DNA of 35,892 bases from assembly GCA_905371865.1 (NCBI GenBank), contig CAJPNA010000001.1, positions 1-35,892 of the forward strand, written 5' to 3'. Every line of letters starts with the position of its first letter. Positions within the stretch are counted from its first letter, which is position 1. Shown one piece after another: positions 30,865 through 35,892 of this stretch. The notes under the pieces are model-generated. The model saw only the letters and a list, made by a program, of their open reading frames with translations, did not search any database and had not been told where the DNA came from. This DNA is from an uncultured Carnobacterium sp. (GTDB taxonomy: Bacteria > Bacillota > Bacilli > Lactobacillales > Aerococcaceae). The position numbers and the translations under genes are program-made.

Positions 30865-31989
30865 CTATTTTCCATTAAAGAATAAATCTGAAACTTCAAT
30901 CTCTCCAAGTAGATCCACACTGGACCCTCCACTTAATCGAATCACTCCTAAGATGTCTGTTGCTCTCTTGGGTGAGGTTTGGAAAAATTCAAAATCCCAT
31001 TTTGGTTTCAATAATGTTAATAAACTTGCTTTTTCAAGCATGGATTCATAAATCGGCACTAGAATCATTTCCTCAGTAGGTTCCTTGTATTGCACTGGGA
31101 GTCCTGCTGCTACTCGCGCAATGATGTCCGATAAACCTTTTCCTAATTGTGCACTTCCAAATTGTTGTTGAACTAAAGGCAATTGATTAATCGATTTCAC
31201 ATAAAAAATGCCATTATTTCCCATCAACACTTGAATCGAGAGAACGACTGATCCTGACAGATGATCCACTACTTTAAAAGCAATCCGCTTCAATTCTTGA
31301 ACCCATTCTGGATTCATCCGACGAGAAGCAATACTATACTTCAGTTTCCCAGAGATATACACATCTTCTGTAATTGGTAGAATCGTTACACAATCCTCAT
31401 AATCACGAACAATGGTCAATGAAAAGTGGCGTTGAGCAGGCACAAAGGCTGTCAACATACTTGGTCCTTCTTCGATTTTATCTAAAATTCGCTCATCAAT
31501 ATCTTGATCGTATAATTCGATGGGGTCTTCAACTCTACTTTTGACTTGATTACTTTCTAGAAAAGCAGGTAACCCAATACTTTCTAACAAAGTTGGTAAC
31601 TCTCCAATATGGGTGACAATCCCATAAGGAGCTACGTTAATCGCATGTTCTTCTAAAAATAATTTTTCGACCGTACGATTTTGCGAAATCTCTGCCAGCT
31701 CAAACGACTGGTAATATCTTGTTTTATTACTTAAAGCCACTAATGCGTCTACAGAAACTAAATTCGTCATCAGAAGGAGAGTATCTACTTTTTGGGCAAA
31801 ATTGAGTAAGGATGCACGGTCATCATAGGAAGACACAATTTCATATTCTGCCATTGAAATAGCAGCCTCGTTCGATTGGTGGTAGCTATATACAACATAC
31901 CCCATCTTTCTAGCAGCAATTGCAACAGATGCAACTTGCTCGTCTCCCCCAACGATTCCGATAATGGATCCTGGTAATAATTGACTCAT
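30865..31989 (-). CDS. PurK-like ATP-grasp protein with degenerate active-site motifs
   Basis: LLPGSIIGIVGG, A..MGY, I.QNR..EK.FL, G.PAFL outline; start MSQLL at 31989 after AGGAG. Confidence 0.7.
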   Translation of the reverse strand: MSQLLPGSIIGIVGGDEQVASVAIAARKMGYVVYSYHQSNEAAISMAEYEIVSSYDDRASLLNFAQKVDTLLLMTNLVSVDALVALSNKTRYYQSFELAEISQNRTVEKLFLEEHAINVAPYGIVTHIGELPTLLESIGLPAFLESNQVKSRVEDPIELYDQDIDERILDKIEEGPSMLTAFVPAQRHFSLTIVRDYEDCVTILPITEDVYISGKLKYSIASRRMNPEWVQELKRIAFKVVDHLSGSVVLSIQVLMGNNGIFYVKSINQLPLVQQQFGSAQLGKGLSDIIARVAAGLPVQYKEPTEEMILVPIYESMLEKASLLTLLKPKWDFEFFQTSPKRATDILGVIRLSGGSSVDLLGEIEVSDLFFNGK

Positions 31990-32032
31990 GTGTATCCTCT
32001 CCTTTTGCATACGTTTAAATGAATTTGATTTC

Positions 32033-32707
32033 TTAAGAACCTCTTCGCACAGATGCGGTTGTTTCCTCGCTTGGCAATTTATCATATTGATACAATTGAT
32101 GTTCTTCAATCATTTGAATCAGCTTTTGTGCATAGGTTGGGTCGGTGGCATATCCTGCATCTTGTAAGGCTTGGGCTGCTTGTTTATAATTTCTAGCCCC
32201 TAGCACTTTATGATACAGCGTGGGATCCCAATCCACTCCATAAGCCAATAGTTGCGCATGAGCTTCCACTGAATCCGCCCAGCTATCGTACACACGAAAG
32301 CGACCATTAATTGTTATCCATGTTTCATTCACGAATTCCGCAGTTTCTAGCACCACATTCGGTTGTGCAGTTGTCGCTTTTACACCATATAAATTATAAT
32401 ATTTGCTCGCTAATAAGCTTTCGCCCCAGTTCGATTCGAGGATTGCTTGCGCCAAACTGACACTCGGCAATACTCCATAATCGCGATACGCTTTTTGGGC
32501 CGCTGGAGCAAGTGTCTCTATGAAGGTCTCTCTTGTAGACGTTTCTGCCTTGTGCTGTAGTTTATTCTCAGACAACCATGTGATGGTTCCGGCTAAAAGA
32601 ACACTCGTTACAGCTACGAGGAGGAGCGCCGTCAATTTAGACAATGACTTAACCCACTCTACAAGATGAAACGCGAATTTACTTTTTCTTTTCCTTCTTT
32701 TCGCCAC
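32033..32707 (-). CDS. GH73 glucosaminidase/peptidoglycan hydrolase, membrane-anchored
   Basis: SVSLAQAILESNWG, NLYGVK, FRVYDSW, GYATDPTYA; start uncertain (32707 GTG or 32743). Confidence 0.92.
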   Translation of the reverse strand: MAKRRKRKSKFAFHLVEWVKSLSKLTALLLVAVTSVLLAGTITWLSENKLQHKAETSTRETFIETLAPAAQKAYRDYGVLPSVSLAQAILESNWGESLLASKYYNLYGVKATTAQPNVVLETAEFVNETWITINGRFRVYDSWADSVEAHAQLLAYGVDWDPTLYHKVLGARNYKQAAQALQDAGYATDPTYAQKLIQMIEEHQLYQYDKLPSEETTASVRRGS

Positions 32708-32814
32708 AATTTCACCACTTTCTTCATCTTTCAATTTTATCATAAAATACCCTATAAAAAAATGGATACCCCCTTGTTTTAAAGAGAGTATCCGTGATTT
32801 TAATCATTCAATTT

Positions 32815-33381
32815 TTATTCTGCATCATTTTCTGGAACAAATACGTTTTTACCGTATTCTAAGTATTTCTGTTGGGCTTTTTCATCTCGAATCCACTCGA
32901 GTAATCCTTGTTTCTTTGTTCCAATTTGTTTATGCGTAATTCCCACAATTCGAATTTCAATAATATCTTGATAACTCCAACTTCCATAATTAGTCGCAAT
33001 GCGTAAGATGGTCACATTCTCTTTGAATTTTCCTTTGCTAACAGCAGCCGTCTTCCATTCCACTCGGACATTTTCTTGGCGAATCCAATGATTAGCAATT
33101 TGGACTTTTAGCCTTAAATACTCTGCCACTGGATCAGAAGCCACTTCAGGAAGAACTTCCGCATTTCTGGCAATTTTTTGCGCCAGCATCCACTCGTAGT
33201 CCGTAAACAGCATTGAAATCTTCTGCATGTTTTCAGATTTCAATCCTCTCTCTCCATTCTTCCATCTTGTCCAACTTTGCCCACTAATACCTAATTCTTG
33301 TGTGTAAAATGCTTTTTCTGAGAGATATCTTTCTCGAATGGCATTTACAACAATCAATACAAATGCTTCATGCATCTTCAT
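32815..33381 (-). CDS. Conserved hypothetical protein with an N-terminal HTH-like segment
   Basis: FY..ELGIS.QSW.RWKNGE..L resembles an XRE HTH; start uncertain. Confidence 0.7.
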   Translation of the reverse strand: MKMHEAFVLIVVNAIRERYLSEKAFYTQELGISGQSWTRWKNGERGLKSENMQKISMLFTDYEWMLAQKIARNAEVLPEVASDPVAEYLRLKVQIANHWIRQENVRVEWKTAAVSKGKFKENVTILRIATNYGSWSYQDIIEIRIVGITHKQIGTKKQGLLEWIRDEKAQQKYLEYGKNVFVPENDAE

Positions 33382-33486
33382 CACCTCTTGAAATTATAAT
33401 ACACCTATTAGGTTCATTTTTCAAATTTTTGTCATTTTTTACTATCGTATATTATAATAACGTTATCTTTAAAGAGAGGTGAGAGT

Positions 33487-33993
33487 GTGTCCCAAACTTC
33501 TAAAAATCCATTTCATATTGGACTACGTACTTTAAAAACCGCTATATCCGTATTTCTTTGTGTTGTGCTATTTAGAGTATTACATCGTGGTTCTCCGATG
33601 CTGGCTGCACTGTCCGCCATCTTTAGCCTAAGAACTGACCACGAACAAACCTTTAAATTTGCGCTCTCTCGTTTTGTAGGCAACACTACAGGTGGGGTGG
33701 TCGCTATTCTACTGTTCCAATTAAGAGCCATTCTTCCGTACCAAGAATATACGGATTTATTACTAGCACCGATTGGAATTATCTTAATCATTTTATTCTG
33801 CAATCAATTCAATAAAACCGGCGTCATTAATTCTTGTTCAACCTTCTTAGTCATTTTCTTTAACGTTGAAGCAGGACAAAACACCGCCTATGCGATTCAA
33901 AGAATTTTGGATACCCTCATCGGCGCATTGATTGCCATTGGAGTAAACCATCTTCTTCCAAACCCGCACTTGAAAACTGAAGAAAAAGCGTAA
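33487..33993 (+). CDS. FUSC/aromatic acid exporter family membrane protein
   Basis: IGLRTLKTA, AALSAIFSLR, R.LDT.IG..IA..VN. Confidence 0.88.
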   Translation: MSQTSKNPFHIGLRTLKTAISVFLCVVLFRVLHRGSPMLAALSAIFSLRTDHEQTFKFALSRFVGNTTGGVVAILLFQLRAILPYQEYTDLLLAPIGIILIILFCNQFNKTGVINSCSTFLVIFFNVEAGQNTAYAIQRILDTLIGALIAIGVNHLLPNPHLKTEEKA

Positions 33994-33996
33994 ACG

Positions 33997-34030
33997 AAAA
34001 ACTACGTTAGGATATCCTAACGTAGTTTTT
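33997..34030. terminator. Bidirectional terminator (perfect palindrome) between convergent genes
   Basis: AAAAACTACGTTAGGATATCCTAACGTAGTTTTT. Confidence 0.8.
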
Positions 34031-34035
34031 TTTGC

Positions 34036-35220
34036 TTAGTGATCCCTACCACGATAGCTATCGGCATTCGTAAAGAACACTTTTTCAATCACATCGATTG
34101 GTTTGGATAATAAAATTTCTTTTGTTTTGAGCGATTGTACTCGTAGTGTTGGTTTTCCATCCACTAACGAAATCATCACTAAATTCCCTTGATTTAAGTA
34201 TGGAAGTGGAGCGTATGGATCTGTTTCAATGGTTTGACTAAGCTCTAATCGATGGTTAGCACCTAACTTGTATAGATTCCATTGATTATTCTTCCGTTCA
34301 CTTGGTTCCTCATATCCTTGAATTTGATACAGTTCCTTTTCTCTCGCTTTCGCTTTAGAAGATAGTAAATACACTTGATCTTCCACTACATACACACTCG
34401 TATTTTCAAAAGCCATTGTCTCGGTCGATTCAATCTCAGTGAATTTTTTCGTCTTCGCATCAAAAGTCATCCAGTAGAATTGATTTTCTTTCGAAAAAGA
34501 CGACCCCATGACAAGACGTTGGGGATCATAGACTCTCTCCCTTGAAGTAGATCTCCAGTGAAAAGATTGTAATTTTTCCGGCAAATCCACTCTTTCTACT
34601 TTAGAAGGAGTGCCCGTCTTCAAGTCAATCGAAAACATTAATAGATAAGACTTCGACTGTGCTTGACTAGCATCACTCCATTGCATCGCTGCATATAAAG
34701 TATCCCCGTCTCTATAGAAGCTAGGCGATTCAATATACGTACGGTCTCCGCGGATTTCTTTTGGAATAGATACCGTTTTAGAAACTGTCTCTTTCGTCTC
34801 GGTATTCATCAATGTATACCCAATCGCTGGATCTGAATTCGTCTGATACACATTGAATTGTGCTCCGTAATAAAGTTTATATCCTTTAAAAGTGATGGAA
34901 GTTCCGTAGCGCGGTCTATTGAGCAGTGAAAAATCTCTCATTTCATTTCGTATACCGTACGAATAAGGATTGTCTCCGAACCCAATTCGCTTCACTTCTC
35001 CGTCTAAAAGTACATGAGTAGCACCATTATGCTTGGTAATATCTTGTGTATAGGGAGTAAACTGAAACATTGCCCCTTCAACAAGTTTTTTCTCTTCTTG
35101 CGATAACTGCAGAGATGCAGGAGCAGGTTTGACATCTTTATAGACCGCAAATCCTGCACTACCAAGAAATATGAGACCACTTAGCGCAAAGATGACTGTT
35201 GCAAATTTTCTTGATTTCAT
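34036..35220 (-). CDS. Hypothetical exported/membrane-anchored protein
   Basis: N-terminal signal/TM segment, beta-rich remainder, AAGGAGG RBS. Confidence 0.8.
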   Translation of the reverse strand: MKSRKFATVIFALSGLIFLGSAGFAVYKDVKPAPASLQLSQEEKKLVEGAMFQFTPYTQDITKHNGATHVLLDGEVKRIGFGDNPYSYGIRNEMRDFSLLNRPRYGTSITFKGYKLYYGAQFNVYQTNSDPAIGYTLMNTETKETVSKTVSIPKEIRGDRTYIESPSFYRDGDTLYAAMQWSDASQAQSKSYLLMFSIDLKTGTPSKVERVDLPEKLQSFHWRSTSRERVYDPQRLVMGSSFSKENQFYWMTFDAKTKKFTEIESTETMAFENTSVYVVEDQVYLLSSKAKAREKELYQIQGYEEPSERKNNQWNLYKLGANHRLELSQTIETDPYAPLPYLNQGNLVMISLVDGKPTLRVQSLKTKEILLSKPIDVIEKVFFTNADSYRGRDH

Positions 35221-35233
35221 TGTTCAAACCTCC

Positions 35234-35892
35234 TTATACGCTCACCTTATGATTTAATAAATAATCACTGAGTAATACATTTCCGATAATCCACACGAAT
35301 ATTCCCGTCCCTAAATATAGAATTGTTTCAGATCCGATGAAATGGAAAGCCCATTGGTATCTAGAGACTATTCCTACATAAAGAATAGCGATTAAGATAT
35401 ATCCGATGATGCTCATTAATTTCATCGTTGTGGATTTCTTTTCAACTCCTACCACTAATAAAGTGATTTGGAAGATGGTAATAATAGTAGCTACTCCAAA
35501 TAGGAAGAAGAATAAAAATTGAGTCGCATATTTTGGAACAACTGTCTGCATAACAATGGAATTCGTTAAAAGAGACCACGGTGTCACATGATGGGAATCA
35601 AGACTCGGAATAAATAATTTTGAAAGGGTGTAATTTAAGAATACCCCAATTACTTGAACACCTTGTAGGAAGAACGTGATGATAAGCATTGTTAGTAACT
35701 TCGATAAATACACACTAAAGCGAGATCCTGGTAACATCAATAAACGGTAAATGAAGGAGCCTTTTGTACTCCACTCCGTAGACCAAATCACCGCACTATA
35801 GACAAGAATGGCCACTCCAGCGAAAAATACAGGTAATCCAATATTATTTTCCACAAGAATTACTCGAAGAATTTCTTCTTTTTCAGTTAAAT
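35234..35892 (-). CDS. ABC-2 type permease-like membrane protein, 5'-partial
   Basis: Frame stays open to the window edge; IW..EW..KGSFIYRLLMLP.SR..VYLSKL motif; multiple TM segments. Confidence 0.75.
   Translation of the reverse strand, partial: LTEKEEILRVILVENNIGLPVFFAGVAILVYSAVIWSTEWSTKGSFIYRLLMLPGSRFSVYLSKLLTMLIITFFLQGVQVIGVFLNYTLSKLFIPSLDSHHVTPWSLLTNSIVMQTVVPKYATQFLFFFLFGVATIITIFQITLLVVGVEKKSTTMKLMSIIGYILIAILYVGIVSRYQWAFHFIGSETILYLGTGIFVWIIGNVLLSDYLLNHKVSV

Overview
Low-GC Lactobacillales chromosome segment; protein sequences and gene order suggest Granulicatella or a close relative (inference, no database check). Almost all genes are on the minus strand. From 1 to 5100 there is an array of small, unrelated, co-oriented accessory genes directly downstream of rlmD/rumA: isochorismatase, SAP/DUF6434-like, ADP-ribosylglycohydrolase, GNAT, TfoX-N and decayed fragments. 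The array carries a recurring 12-bp junction motif and stray rlmD-like fragments. From 6475 to 9077 a GC-rich LPXTG surface-protein gene is bracketed by an exact 58-bp duplication of the rlmD promoter/RBS. Next come ydcF-like, a degenerate HigBA-like pair with a nested palindromic operator, an ABC exporter, a GNAT, brnQ, metG, xpt-pbuX (pbuX has an in-frame TGA), gtrA-like, rpoE, DUF1934, gatCAB, camS, ligA, pcrA, a degenerate purK-like gene, a GH73 hydrolase and membrane genes. The most striking unexplained signal is a dispersed family of four non-coding elements of about 185-320 nt (13483, 13739, 17528, 21838). They are divergent in sequence but share one branched rod-like fold with covarying stems, conserved junction motifs and strand-specific GGA/GAA internal loops.
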